DNA of 55,949 nt from Candidatus Falkowbacteria bacterium (GTDB taxonomy: Bacteria; Patescibacteriota; Patescibacteriia; Patescibacteriales; UBA12465). A program made the translations under genes and the position numbers. Location of the stretch: NCBI GenBank assembly GCA_009995495.1, contig JAACPL010000007.1, positions 1 through 55,949 on the forward strand, given 5' to 3'. The stretch's first letter is position 1; each line of letters begins with the position of its first letter. This document shows positions 46,147-55,949 of this stretch, in pieces. The notes beneath the pieces were generated by a model. That model did no database searches. It saw only the letters and a list, made by a program, of their open reading frames with translations, and was not told the origin of the DNA.

Positions 46147-46419
46147 ATGGACTACAAAAAGAAAGTGGCAATTACTTTAAAAAAAGCGAACTCTTTAACG
46201 GCGAAGGTTCTAAAAATGACTGAGGATGATAAATACTGCATTGATATTATTCAACAAAATCTGGCTATTATTGGCCTTTTAAAGTCGGCTAACTTAGCTT
46301 TACTAGAGGGTCATCTTGGTTGTTGTGTTGTTAACGCCGCTAAAGCGGGTGATGAGAAAAGAATAAATGTTATGATGGATGAAATTTTAAAAGTTGTTAA
46401 AACCGCGCAAAATAAATAA
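46147..46419 (+). CDS. csoR: CsoR/RcnR-family metal-sensing repressor
   Basis: 90 aa. C.DIIQQ..A..G.L......LLEGHL..CV (the C-H-C metal ligands of the family). Confidence 0.8.
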   Translation: MDYKKKVAITLKKANSLTAKVLKMTEDDKYCIDIIQQNLAIIGLLKSANLALLEGHLGCCVVNAAKAGDEKRINVMMDEILKVVKTAQNK

Positions 46420-46439
46420 TAGCGCAAAAATAATAATTT

Positions 46440-47840
46440 ATGAAAAAAATTTTTTATATTTCTGGCATGCATTGTGTCAGTTGTGAGATGTTAATTGAAA
46501 AAGAGGTCAAAGATATTTTTAAAACCGCAAAAATTGATATTTCTCACCAAAAAGGAGTGATGGAAATTGAGGCTGAAGAAATTAGTGAGAAAAAAATTAG
46601 AGAAATTGTTAAGAGCTGCGGTTATCAGATAGTTGATAAAAATGAAGCTCGACTTGAGACAAAAACAAAATTTAAATTAAAAGATTTTTGGCAATTAGTT
46701 TTTGCTTTTGGCGTTCTTTTTTTTCTTGTTTCTTTGTTTTCTAAATTTGAACTAGCTAGATTTTTTCCTGAAGCTAGTGATAATGTCGGGTTATTAGTTG
46801 CGCTTGGGCTTGGCGTTGTCGCTTCCTTATCAACTTGCTTAGCAATTACTGGGGGAATTGTGATGAGTTTTTCTAGTCGTTACGATTTTAATGATGACAC
46901 TAATAATAATTTAAGTAAAAAGATTTCTTTTTTAAGTCGTAGTCTGCCTCAAATTTATTTTCATATTGGTCGCATCGGTGGTTTCTTTGTGCTTGGTGGT
47001 CTTTTAGGAGCCTTGGGCGGAAAAATTCAGTATTCAAATGGTTTTACAGGGTTTCTGACAATCCTCGTGGCTTTAATAATGCTTTACATTGCTTTAAATA
47101 TTTTAGGACTTCTTCCTAGCATTACTAAGCTTGGTTTTTATTTGCCAAAAAAGTGGAGTCGGGGAATTTCTAGTTTGCAGGCGAATAATAACCCGTCTTT
47201 AATTGCGAGTATTGGTGCTCTAACTTTCTTTTTGCCTTGTGGTTTTACCCAGTCAATGCAACTAGCTGCCGTTGCTTCTGGCAGTTTTCTTTCGGGGGCA
47301 TTAATTATGGCAGTTTTTGCGCTTGGGACTTTACCAGTTCTTTTTTCTGTTGGTCTTGGCTCAAGCTATTCTCAAAATAAAAAATTTGGCTTTCTTAAAA
47401 AATTTATCGCCGCCATTATTATTTTCTTTGCTCTCTATTCTTTAAATTCAGGGTTGATTATTAGTGGATCTAGATATTCAGTTGATTTTTGGAGTAGTTT
47501 TGTTAATAAAATCAATACTAGCGCCGGGGCCAATGTTAAGGAATTAAATGATAAAGCTTTAATTGATGAGGACGGTTATCAAGTTGTTCAACTTGATGTA
47601 GATTATACTTTTAAACAGAGCGAATTTAAAATTAAAAAAGATATACCAGTTAAATTTATTATTAATGCCGTCCATGTGTCTGGTTGTAGTGATGAAGTTA
47701 TTATTAGAAGATTGGGCTTAACTACTGGAAAATTAAAAAATGGCGATGAGGGCTTAATAGAATTTACGCCGACTCAAGCTGGCATTATTCCATTTTCTTG
47801 TTGGATGGGGATGCAAAATGGTCGTTTTATTGTTGAATAG
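46440..47840 (+). CDS. HMA-domain / DsbD_2 (TauE-like) membrane / cupredoxin-like fusion protein
   Basis: N-terminal GMHCVSCE heavy-metal-associated motif, a polytopic core with FFLPCGFTQ, and a C-terminal beta domain with SGCSDE...FSCWMGM. Confidence 0.6.
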   Translation: MKKIFYISGMHCVSCEMLIEKEVKDIFKTAKIDISHQKGVMEIEAEEISEKKIREIVKSCGYQIVDKNEARLETKTKFKLKDFWQLVFAFGVLFFLVSLFSKFELARFFPEASDNVGLLVALGLGVVASLSTCLAITGGIVMSFSSRYDFNDDTNNNLSKKISFLSRSLPQIYFHIGRIGGFFVLGGLLGALGGKIQYSNGFTGFLTILVALIMLYIALNILGLLPSITKLGFYLPKKWSRGISSLQANNNPSLIASIGALTFFLPCGFTQSMQLAAVASGSFLSGALIMAVFALGTLPVLFSVGLGSSYSQNKKFGFLKKFIAAIIIFFALYSLNSGLIISGSRYSVDFWSSFVNKINTSAGANVKELNDKALIDEDGYQVVQLDVDYTFKQSEFKIKKDIPVKFIINAVHVSGCSDEVIIRRLGLTTGKLKNGDEGLIEFTPTQAGIIPFSCWMGMQNGRFIVE

Positions 47841-47886
47841 CTAAATAAAAAGCTGAATAAAATTTTATTCTTTTAGAAATAAATAT

Positions 47887-50100
47887 ATGGAAAAGAAAAT
47901 TGATTTAGATATAACTGGAATGACTTGCGCCTCTTGTTCAGCTCTGATTCAAAGGGCGCTTGATAAAGATGGGCGAGTTAAAAAAGCCAGCGTTAATATA
48001 GCGACAAATAAAGCTTCGCTAGTTTTTGATGAAGATAAAATCTCTAGTGCCGGTATAATTGAATTAATTAAAAAAACTGGCTACGGAGCTAGTATTGCTA
48101 ATTCTGAAAATGATATTTCGGCGAAACTTGTTAAATCACGCTATCTTCGTTTTTTATGGTCACTTATTTTTGGCTTGCCTTTATTTTATTTAGCGATGGG
48201 CATGATAGTCGGTTTGCCAGAATTAAAGATTTCAATGATGGCTAATATTTCTTGGCAATTAATTTTTACTTTAGCAATTATTATTATCAATAGAAACATT
48301 TATTCCTCTGGTTTTTCCAAACTCTTTAAACGACAGCCGAATATGGCTAGCTTAATTGCGATTGGCACCCTAGCAGCCTTCTTTTATTCGATTTTTGTTT
48401 ATTTAGGAATATTGTTTTATCCGGAAAATGTCGCCTCGGCTCATGTTTATTTTGAAAGTGCTGGTTTTATTTTGATTTTTATTGCTTTAGGGAAATATTT
48501 AGAGGAGAAAACTAAGGGAAGAACTGGGAACGCGATTAAAAAGTTAATTGGTTTACAGCCAAAAACAGCTCTTGTTAGTCGTGATAATCAAGAAATTGAA
48601 GTTAGTATTTCTGAGCTAATTAAGGGTGATATTATTATTGTTAAAGTGGGAGATAAAATTCCGGTTGATGGCGAGATAATATTTGGTGAGTCAACAATTG
48701 ATGAAAGCGCAATTACTGGAGAAAGTATTCCTGTTTTTAAAAAGCTTGGTGATAAATTAATTGGCGGAACAATTAATAAAACTAGTATTTTAAAATTTAG
48801 AGCGACTGGAGTCGGAAGTGAAACGATGTTGGCGCAAATAATTAAAATTATGGAAGAAGCGGTTGCCTCTAAGGCGCCAATCCAGTTGTTAGTTGATAAG
48901 GTTTCTTATTATTTTGTCCCGACCGTTATTGGCTTAGCTATTATTTCTTTTCTTGTTTGGTATTTTCTTGGTTTCGGTTTTTATTTTGCCTTAACGGCTT
49001 TTGTTTCTGTTTTAATTATTGCTTGCCCTTGTGCTTTAGGTTTGGCAACGCCAACGGCAGTGATGATGGGTACAGGTTTAGCAGCGAAAAACGGAATTTT
49101 AATTAAAAGTTCAGTTGCCCTTGAAGCGGCTAATAAAATTCAGGCAGTTGTTTTTGATAAAACCGGAACTTTAACTAAGGGTCAGCCAGAAGTTGTGGAA
49201 ATTTTTGGTTTTGGCTTTTCCGAAGCCCAGATTTTAAAAATTTCTCAAGCACTGGCTCGGAATTCTCGCCATCCTTTGTCTGAGGCGGTCGTGCGTTATG
49301 CTAAAGAAAAAAATGCGCCTCAAGTTGAGCTTGATAATTTTGAGGAAAAGGAGGGGATGGGGTTAAAAGCTTTTTGTCGGGAGCATAAAACTAAATTATT
49401 ATTAGGTAATAAAAAATTATTAGAACTTGAAGGTCTTAGTTTTAATGATGAAGTTGAAGCCGTTTTTGATCGTTTTGCTAGCGCCGGGAAAACACCATTG
49501 TTTATTAGCCACGGTGATAAGGTTGCCGGCTTAATTGCAATTATTGATGATATTAAAGATAGTAGTCTAGAAGCGGTTAAAGAATTGAAACGACGAGGGC
49601 AAGAAGTCTATATGATAACTGGTGATAATGAAAAAGTGGCACAGGCGATTGCCGAGAAATTGGGAATAGATAAGGTTTTAGCCAATGTTTTTCCGGCTGA
49701 TAAGGCGAAAAAAATTAAAGAGCTACAAGAGAGTGGTTTAGTCGTCGCTATGGTTGGTGACGGAATTAATGACGCGCCAGCTTTAGCGCAAGCGAACTTA
49801 GGGATTGCCCTAGCTTCGGGGACTGATGTCGCCCTTGAGGCCGGAGAAATTATTTTGGTTAAGAATGATTTGCGTGATGTTGTTAAAGCGATTGATATTT
49901 CTAAGTTTACAATTCATAAAATTAGACAAAATCTTTTTTGGGCCTTTATTTATAATATTTTAGGCATACCGGTGGCCGCCGGCGTCTTCTATTTTATTTT
50001 TGGAGTTTTATTAAATCCGATGATTGCCGCTCTTGCTATGTCTTTTTCCTCGGTTAGCGTTGTTAGTAATTCGCTCTTGATAAAATTCTATCGTCGTTAG
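47887..50100 (+). CDS. copA: copper-translocating P1B-type ATPase
   Basis: GMTCASC HMA motif, TGES, CPC in TM6, DKTGTLT phosphorylation site, GDGINDAP hinge. Confidence 0.9.
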   Translation: MEKKIDLDITGMTCASCSALIQRALDKDGRVKKASVNIATNKASLVFDEDKISSAGIIELIKKTGYGASIANSENDISAKLVKSRYLRFLWSLIFGLPLFYLAMGMIVGLPELKISMMANISWQLIFTLAIIIINRNIYSSGFSKLFKRQPNMASLIAIGTLAAFFYSIFVYLGILFYPENVASAHVYFESAGFILIFIALGKYLEEKTKGRTGNAIKKLIGLQPKTALVSRDNQEIEVSISELIKGDIIIVKVGDKIPVDGEIIFGESTIDESAITGESIPVFKKLGDKLIGGTINKTSILKFRATGVGSETMLAQIIKIMEEAVASKAPIQLLVDKVSYYFVPTVIGLAIISFLVWYFLGFGFYFALTAFVSVLIIACPCALGLATPTAVMMGTGLAAKNGILIKSSVALEAANKIQAVVFDKTGTLTKGQPEVVEIFGFGFSEAQILKISQALARNSRHPLSEAVVRYAKEKNAPQVELDNFEEKEGMGLKAFCREHKTKLLLGNKKLLELEGLSFNDEVEAVFDRFASAGKTPLFISHGDKVAGLIAIIDDIKDSSLEAVKELKRRGQEVYMITGDNEKVAQAIAEKLGIDKVLANVFPADKAKKIKELQESGLVVAMVGDGINDAPALAQANLGIALASGTDVALEAGEIILVKNDLRDVVKAIDISKFTIHKIRQNLFWAFIYNILGIPVAAGVFYFIFGVLLNPMIAALAMSFSSVSVVSNSLLIKFYRR

Positions 50101-51386
50101 ACCTCTTTAATAAAAGCTAAGCTTTCTTCTCTTTCTTTTAAAGCCTTTAAAGCGGAATTTTTTGAAAGACGACAAAATTTTAAGAGAAGTTCCGGGTTTT
50201 TTATCACTTTGATTTTTTTTAATTCTTTTTCGGCGATATCTATCTCTTTGATTATTTTCATTGCTAAAGTTTTTAAAGTTCTAAGCCAGAATATTTTTCC
50301 TAAGTCTTCTTCGTTTATTAAATTAAAATTTTTAGCTTTCGCTTCTCTTAGAGTTTCGTTAATCGCGGGACTTAAGTGGCCCCTTTTTAAGTCTTCTTTA
50401 AAATCGTGGAGGTCGTCGTTTAGTTGGCGGGCGATTAAGTAATGGCGAAAAAAGTTTTCTAAGTTTTTTATTTCCTTGTCATTAATTTTAAAACCAAGCT
50501 CCGTCATAGTTGTTAGAGGGCCAAGAAGATGAGTCGCTGCTGGAAAAAATTTTATTTCATAATTGCCATAATCAACCAATTCAATTTTTTTTAAATCAAG
50601 AGGAAGATTTTTTATTGGTTTTAAGAAACGACAATTTTTAGTTTCAAAGTAATTAGCACTATCAGCTTCGTTTAAGATATTTTTCAGATATTTATCATAA
50701 CCTTCATAACTATGAAAAAAGGAAGAATAAAAATTTATTAGCTTGCGCGACATTAAATTTGCTAAGGGTAATAAACTCGGCCTAGCTTTTTCATCTTCGT
50801 CCCAAAAATCGTCGTAGATAATAAAAGCCGTCCAAAAATAGGCGTTTATTAGTCCAAGTTTTGTTATTAATTCGCTTCTTTTTTTATTTGGCTTTAAGCC
50901 TAAACTTTTATGAAAATAAAAAGGCATCAGTAGCATCTGTTTATCAGGATTGTTTTTAGCGGTTATTCTTAGGGTTTTTATTAGCTCTCTGGCTAAATTT
51001 TTATCTAAACTTGATAGTTCAGATTTTGCCAGCCTAAATATTTTGTTTATTTCTTTTCTTTCTTCTTTTTCGGCGACAGTTTCTTTGAAATTTAATTTTT
51101 TATTAGCGCTCGCTCCCCCGGGCTCAACTTTAATTAAATTATTTTCTTTTAAAAATTTAGTTAAATTAGGAAGGGAGACGCCCTGAGTTTTTAAAAATTC
51201 AAAAATAGCCAAATTTAATTTAGCGTTAGGATTTTTTTTATTTAATTCTTGATAGGGGCCACCCGGTTTTAATTCTCTTAAAGTTATTTCTTTAAGGATT
51301 TGGGTGAGCTTTTTAACATCTAAAGTTTTTCCCAGCTTAATTTCCTTATTAAGCTTGTTTAAAGTTTCTGTTAGAGATTTTTTCAT
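50097..51386 (-). CDS. hypothetical protein with polyprenyl-synthase-like aspartate-rich motifs (isoprenoid synthase fold suspected)
   Basis: 429 aa. IIYDDFWDEDEKAR (DDxxD at residues 192-196) and ARQLNDDLHDFKEDLKRGHLSP (DDxxD at 324-328, followed by a D..+G+.+.P pattern as after the second Asp-rich motif of trans-prenyltransferases). The N-terminal extension is about 140 aa and Lys-rich. Confidence 0.5.
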   Translation of the reverse strand: MKKSLTETLNKLNKEIKLGKTLDVKKLTQILKEITLRELKPGGPYQELNKKNPNAKLNLAIFEFLKTQGVSLPNLTKFLKENNLIKVEPGGASANKKLNFKETVAEKEERKEINKIFRLAKSELSSLDKNLARELIKTLRITAKNNPDKQMLLMPFYFHKSLGLKPNKKRSELITKLGLINAYFWTAFIIYDDFWDEDEKARPSLLPLANLMSRKLINFYSSFFHSYEGYDKYLKNILNEADSANYFETKNCRFLKPIKNLPLDLKKIELVDYGNYEIKFFPAATHLLGPLTTMTELGFKINDKEIKNLENFFRHYLIARQLNDDLHDFKEDLKRGHLSPAINETLREAKAKNFNLINEEDLGKIFWLRTLKTLAMKIIKEIDIAEKELKKIKVIKNPELLLKFCRLSKNSALKALKEREESLAFIKEV

Positions 51387-51432
51387 AGCCTTAAATTTTT
51401 ATGGGCTCAAGACCTCTTTTAGTTTTAATTTT

Positions 51433-52860
51433 TTATTTCTTAGGAATTTTAATAATAAAATTACTACCAACTCCGATTTTGCTTTCTATTTCAATCGTGC
51501 CTTTAAAATCATTCTCAACAACTGATTTTACTAGAGTTAGTCCTAGCCCAGTTCCGTCAGTAAAATTTTTCGTGCTAAAAAAGTCCTCAAAAATTTTAGT
51601 TTTAAGCTCTTCGCTTAGTCCACAAGCATTATCTTTGACCGATAAGATTATTGTTTCGCTTATCTCAGACCCTTCGTCTAAAGTTATAACTACGCTTTTG
51701 TTTTTCTCTTCTTTCTCTTCGTAAGCATCAATTGCGTTAGAAATTAAATTAGCGACGAGTTGATAAAATTTTACTTGTTTATTAAAAAGGAAATATTCTT
51801 TTTCGGCATTGAAAATTAAATCAACTTTCTTTTTTCTCGCCTTAAAATCAAGAATTTCCATTACTTCCTCAATCTCTTTATTTAAAGAAAAATAGGATTT
51901 TTCTTCTTGTTTAGTAATTTGCTTTCTGACCGAAGTTAAAAAACTCCCCATTTTTTTTGTCGCGGAAATTACCCTTTCTATATTAAAACGAAATTTTTTC
52001 CAGTCATCATTTTTTGGACAAAGTTCGTTAATTTGTTCCATGTTTAAATTTATCGCCGTTAGGGGATTAGCTAGTTCGTGAAAAAGCCCGCTACTTAAAC
52101 GACCGAATTCAGCTAATTGGCGGAAATGAGTCAGCTCTTTAATTTGTATTTCTTTTAATTCCTTCGTTCTTTCTTTGACTTTTATTTCCAGCAAATTCCT
52201 TTCAAGAGCGAGATTTTTTTCTGATCGCCTTGCTCTTTTTAGAGATTTCTCTAGCTCCTTATTTGAAAGCCAAGCTAGAGTAGCAATGACAAAAAACAAA
52301 AAACTAAGAGTAATTATATTAGAGTTATCCCAAGCTTCAATTTTCCAACTCAAATCTGGGCTTGTTATTTTAGCTTGCTCTAGATAGTTTAAAATGAAAA
52401 TAATAAGCGCTGATGCACCGGCAAGGAAAAAAGAAAAACGGGAACTGATGAGAATTCCGGAAATTATAATTAGAGTAATATAAAAGATTATTGTTGGCGG
52501 TAGTTCTATACCCCAAGCTAAAGCCATTTTTGAGATAGCTAAAAAAAGAAAAGTTATAAGAATTAAGGAAGCTTCTTTGCCTTTCCCTTTCTTAGATAAA
52601 TATAAAAGAAAACTTAGAAGCGCTAAAATAAATAAGGCTCCGCCAAGAGAAATCATTTGGCTTGGCTCAAAAGTTTCGCTTTTGAAAATTAATTTTTTTA
52701 TTAAAATTAAATTTGCTAGAGAGATGAAGCTAGTTAAGCTTATAAGAATTATGTTTAAAATAAATTCTCGCCGATTTTTATCCTCATCTTTTTCTTTTGA
52801 GATAATAAAAGAATTAAGACGGCTTTTTAAGCCAATCCAGAAATTTATAATTTTTAACAT
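51433..52860 (-). CDS. sensor histidine kinase (multi-TM sensor region)
   Basis: H-box SSGLFHELANPLT, an N/G boxes region (NLISNAIDA, DNACGL, GTGLGL), and about 6 N-terminal TM segments. Confidence 0.85.
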   Translation of the reverse strand: MLKIINFWIGLKSRLNSFIISKEKDEDKNRREFILNIILISLTSFISLANLILIKKLIFKSETFEPSQMISLGGALFILALLSFLLYLSKKGKGKEASLILITFLFLAISKMALAWGIELPPTIIFYITLIIISGILISSRFSFFLAGASALIIFILNYLEQAKITSPDLSWKIEAWDNSNIITLSFLFFVIATLAWLSNKELEKSLKRARRSEKNLALERNLLEIKVKERTKELKEIQIKELTHFRQLAEFGRLSSGLFHELANPLTAINLNMEQINELCPKNDDWKKFRFNIERVISATKKMGSFLTSVRKQITKQEEKSYFSLNKEIEEVMEILDFKARKKKVDLIFNAEKEYFLFNKQVKFYQLVANLISNAIDAYEEKEEKNKSVVITLDEGSEISETIILSVKDNACGLSEELKTKIFEDFFSTKNFTDGTGLGLTLVKSVVENDFKGTIEIESKIGVGSNFIIKIPKK

Positions 52861-52864
52861 TTAT

Positions 52865-52987
52865 TTATTGACCGCTTTGTCCGCTCCAAGGAATTCCGGT
52901 TTCAACTAAAGAGACCATTAGGGCCAATAAAGCACTTTTGTTTCTCAAACTTTTTTGAGACAAAAATTTTTCAATAATTTTTTCCAT
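52865..52987 (-). CDS. possible 40-aa small ORF between the response regulator and the kinase
   Basis: ATG at 52987, TAA at 52865-52867, which is 4 nt before the kinase ATG. Peptide MEKIIEKFLSQKSLRNKSALLALMVSLVETGIPWSGQSGQ. No Shine-Dalgarno sequence. It is below the ORF-track size cutoff. Confidence 0.25.
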   Translation of the reverse strand: MEKIIEKFLSQKSLRNKSALLALMVSLVETGIPWSGQSGQ

Positions 52988-53036
52988 ATTTTTGGAAATT
53001 ATATATTAATTAAAAATAACTTTACTCTTAATAGTT

Positions 53037-53702
53037 TTAAATTATTCCGTAGCCTCGGCCGGAATAGGTTTTGATAATTGTTTTATTATTTTTCTTACCG
53101 ATTTTCTTTCGTAAATTTAAAATATGAGTTTCTATTGTGTTGGAAAAAATATTTGCTTCTTGATCCCAGACATGATCAACTAATTCTCCCCGAGATATTA
53201 TTCGCCCGCGGTTAAGAAGGAGATATTCAAGGAGAATAAACTCTTTTCTTGTCAGATATATTTCTTTTTTATCTTTAATTACAACTTGCTTTTGAGTATT
53301 TAATTCAAAGCCGACAAATGAGATGGTGTTATTTAATAATTTTTTCGGGCGTCTTAATAGAGATTTTATTCTAGCGAGTAGTTCGGGGACGGAAAATGGT
53401 TTGGTTAAATAATCATCAGCACCAAGATCTAGAAGTTGGACCTTACTTTCGATTTCGCTTTCAACGGTTAAAATAATTATTGGCATTTCTTTACCGTCAG
53501 TTCTGATATCGCGACAGATTTCATAACCGCCCTTGTCGGGGATATTTAAATCTAAAATAATTAAGTCGTAGTCATTAGTTTTAGCGAGAAAGGAACCGCG
53601 TTCGCCGCTCTCAGTATAGTCAATATTAAAACCAGCTTTTTCTAAACTTAATTTTAGAAAGAGGCCAATATCTTTTTCATCTTCAACGATTAAAATTTTC
53701 AT
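53037..53702 (-). CDS. OmpR/PhoB-family response regulator
   Basis: Receiver domain (ILIVEDE, DLIILDLNIP, LTVES), and a winged-helix domain (LTRKEF.LLEYL..N.G...SR..L...VW, RGYG). Confidence 0.9.
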   Translation of the reverse strand: MKILIVEDEKDIGLFLKLSLEKAGFNIDYTESGERGSFLAKTNDYDLIILDLNIPDKGGYEICRDIRTDGKEMPIIILTVESEIESKVQLLDLGADDYLTKPFSVPELLARIKSLLRRPKKLLNNTISFVGFELNTQKQVVIKDKKEIYLTRKEFILLEYLLLNRGRIISRGELVDHVWDQEANIFSNTIETHILNLRKKIGKKNNKTIIKTYSGRGYGII

Positions 53703-53714
53703 AAAAATAAAAAA

Positions 53715-53747
53715 AAGAAGTTCAAAAACGAGTTTCTTGAACTTCTT
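53715..53747 (-). terminator. terminator-type hairpin immediately upstream of the response-regulator start codon
   Basis: aagaagttcaa / ttgaacttctt: 11-bp perfect stem, 11-nt loop, followed on the minus strand by a long U-run that reaches the ATG at 53702. Confidence 0.45.
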
Positions 53748-53813
53748 ATAATATAATTATAGCATATCAAGAAGGTTTGTAAAGGTTTTTAGATACATTA
53801 TCTTTAGGCTTTA

Positions 53814-53864
53814 ATTATAACAATTTCAATAAAAGTTGACAATAATTTAGATTTATTTTTTAAT
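53814..53864. promoter_or_regulatory. back-to-back promoters sharing overlapping -35 boxes
   Basis: Plus strand: TTGACA (53836-53841), 17 nt, TTTAAT (53859-53864), directed toward tRNA-Ser. Minus strand: TTGTCA (53842-53837), 17 nt, TATAAT (53819-53814), directed toward the response regulator. Confidence 0.4.
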
Positions 53865-53919
53865 CTTGCCAAAATTTAAGTTCTTATTTATAATAAACAG
53901 GTATTAAAAACAAAATATT

Positions 53920-55482
<1,563 letters not shown>

Positions 55483-55610
55483 ATATTTCTAATTAGCTGT
55501 TCTTTTTAACAAGGATAACCATTAAATATTGCTAGTTATTTTGTTGAATATTCGTGGGAGCGGTCTGTTGTGTGCCTATGGTCAAGTTAATATATTTTAT
55601 AATATATATA

Positions 55611-55685
55611 GGCCGGGTCCGTTTTTCTTTTTCGGCTCCCCCTCCGGGGGATCCGCCGAAGAAAGAAAAAAACGGAACCTCGGCC
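55611..55685. repeat. long imperfect palindrome (about 75 nt) upstream of the recombinase gene
   Basis: ggccgggtccgtttttctttttcggc | tccccc-tcc-ggggga | tccgccgaagaaagaaaaaaacggaacctcggcc. The G+C-rich ends and centre pair, and the T-run and A-run arms pair with bulges. Confidence 0.6.
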
Positions 55686-55949
55686 ATATTTCAATCTTAG
55701 CAAATCAGAGTTAACGAAAGTTCCGGGGAAGATTTAGGGGAAGAAAATGAGCCTTATTTATCTAATGATAGCAAAACGGTATTGGACAAAGTTTAGCTAA
55801 AGATTTAGGTTAAGAAATCGACCATATTTTGTTTAATATTAACAAACCGGCTTACAGGAAACTTCACCTGAAAATTTACCTGTAGATTATGGCAAAGCGA
55901 GGTTTGACTAAGTTTGACCGAAAGAATGGTCAAAGGTATTTTAAACTAT

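Noticed and set aside
570-52909. Antisense or shadow ORFs in the track. These are 570-764, 1949-2143, 3612-3932, 5027-5332, 6591-6788, 8574-8792, 11688-11921, 14976-15191, 15294-15521, 21400-21585, 22732-22929, 25088-25348, 25557-26027, 26758-26994, 27207-27416, 29275-29565, 29903-30103, 31613-31861, 33807-34169, 37514-37789, 41386-41643, 42221-42421, 50209-50442, 50950-51186, 51304-51525, 51401-51724, 52175-52387 and 52577-52909.
   Set aside because: Each lies wholly or largely inside a longer ORF with recognisable motifs on the other strand or frame. Their low-complexity translations are typical of AT-rich shadow frames.
55529-55714. Track ORF 55529-55714 (+).
   Set aside because: It spans the long palindrome, and its sequence (..GPFFFFGSPSGGSAEERKKR..) is simply the two arms translated.
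55889-55949. A possible gene start (ATG at 55889, MAKRGLTKFDRKNGQRYFKL...) running off the right edge.
   Set aside because: Only 20 codons are visible, there is no Shine-Dalgarno sequence, and no motif is present. The evidence is too thin to call a feature.

Overview
AT-rich bacterial chromosome segment (roughly two-thirds A+T by eye, not computed), densely coded under the standard code 11. The gene style suggests a Candidate Phyla Radiation / Patescibacteria-type genome; that is inference only. The cues are many tiny secreted or membrane proteins, an array of TrbC/VirB2-like pilin paralogs, a 3D-domain wall hydrolase, and rpsF-ssb-rpsR without rplI.

Core content:
- Six complete tRNAs: Gly-UCC, Leu-UAG, Leu-GAG, Val-UAC, Ser-CGA, Ser-UGA, plus a partial tRNA at base 1.
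- Housekeeping genes: lgt, ppsA, comM/yifB, smc, rplS, ychF, rpsF-ssb-rpsR, efp.
- A pseudouridine synthase, a csoR-HMA-copA copper module, a peroxiredoxin and an OmpR-type two-component pair.

Accessory or unusual content, in window order:
1. Seven paralogous T4SS-pilin-like genes; one is an internal tandem fusion.
2. A 3.6-kb block of orphan genes with a DksA/TraR zinc-finger gene.
3. A diversity-generating retroelement (DGR) core: reverse transcriptase (RT), the accessory protein Avd, and an Asn-codon-rich template repeat (TR). Avd is inverted. I could find no cognate variable repeat (VR) anywhere in the window. An IS30-family element sits between a consensus promoter and the TR unit.
4. 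tRNA-Ser(CGA) followed by a very GC-rich, hairpin-rich insert of about 200 bp. The insert ends in a perfect 19-bp copy of the tRNA 3' end.
5. A GH18/GT2 polysaccharide locus with clustered lesions: two in-frame TGA codons (one exactly at the Trp of the GT2 QxxRW motif) and a frameshift in an A6 tract.
6. A polyprenyl-synthase-like protein next to the two-component system.
7. A large serine recombinase whose ORF runs antisense into tRNA-Ser(UGA). This probably marks the left edge of an integrated element that continues off the window.

No rRNA genes or CRISPR arrays were seen. All functional calls rest on motif recognition by eye in the supplied translations. No searches were run.
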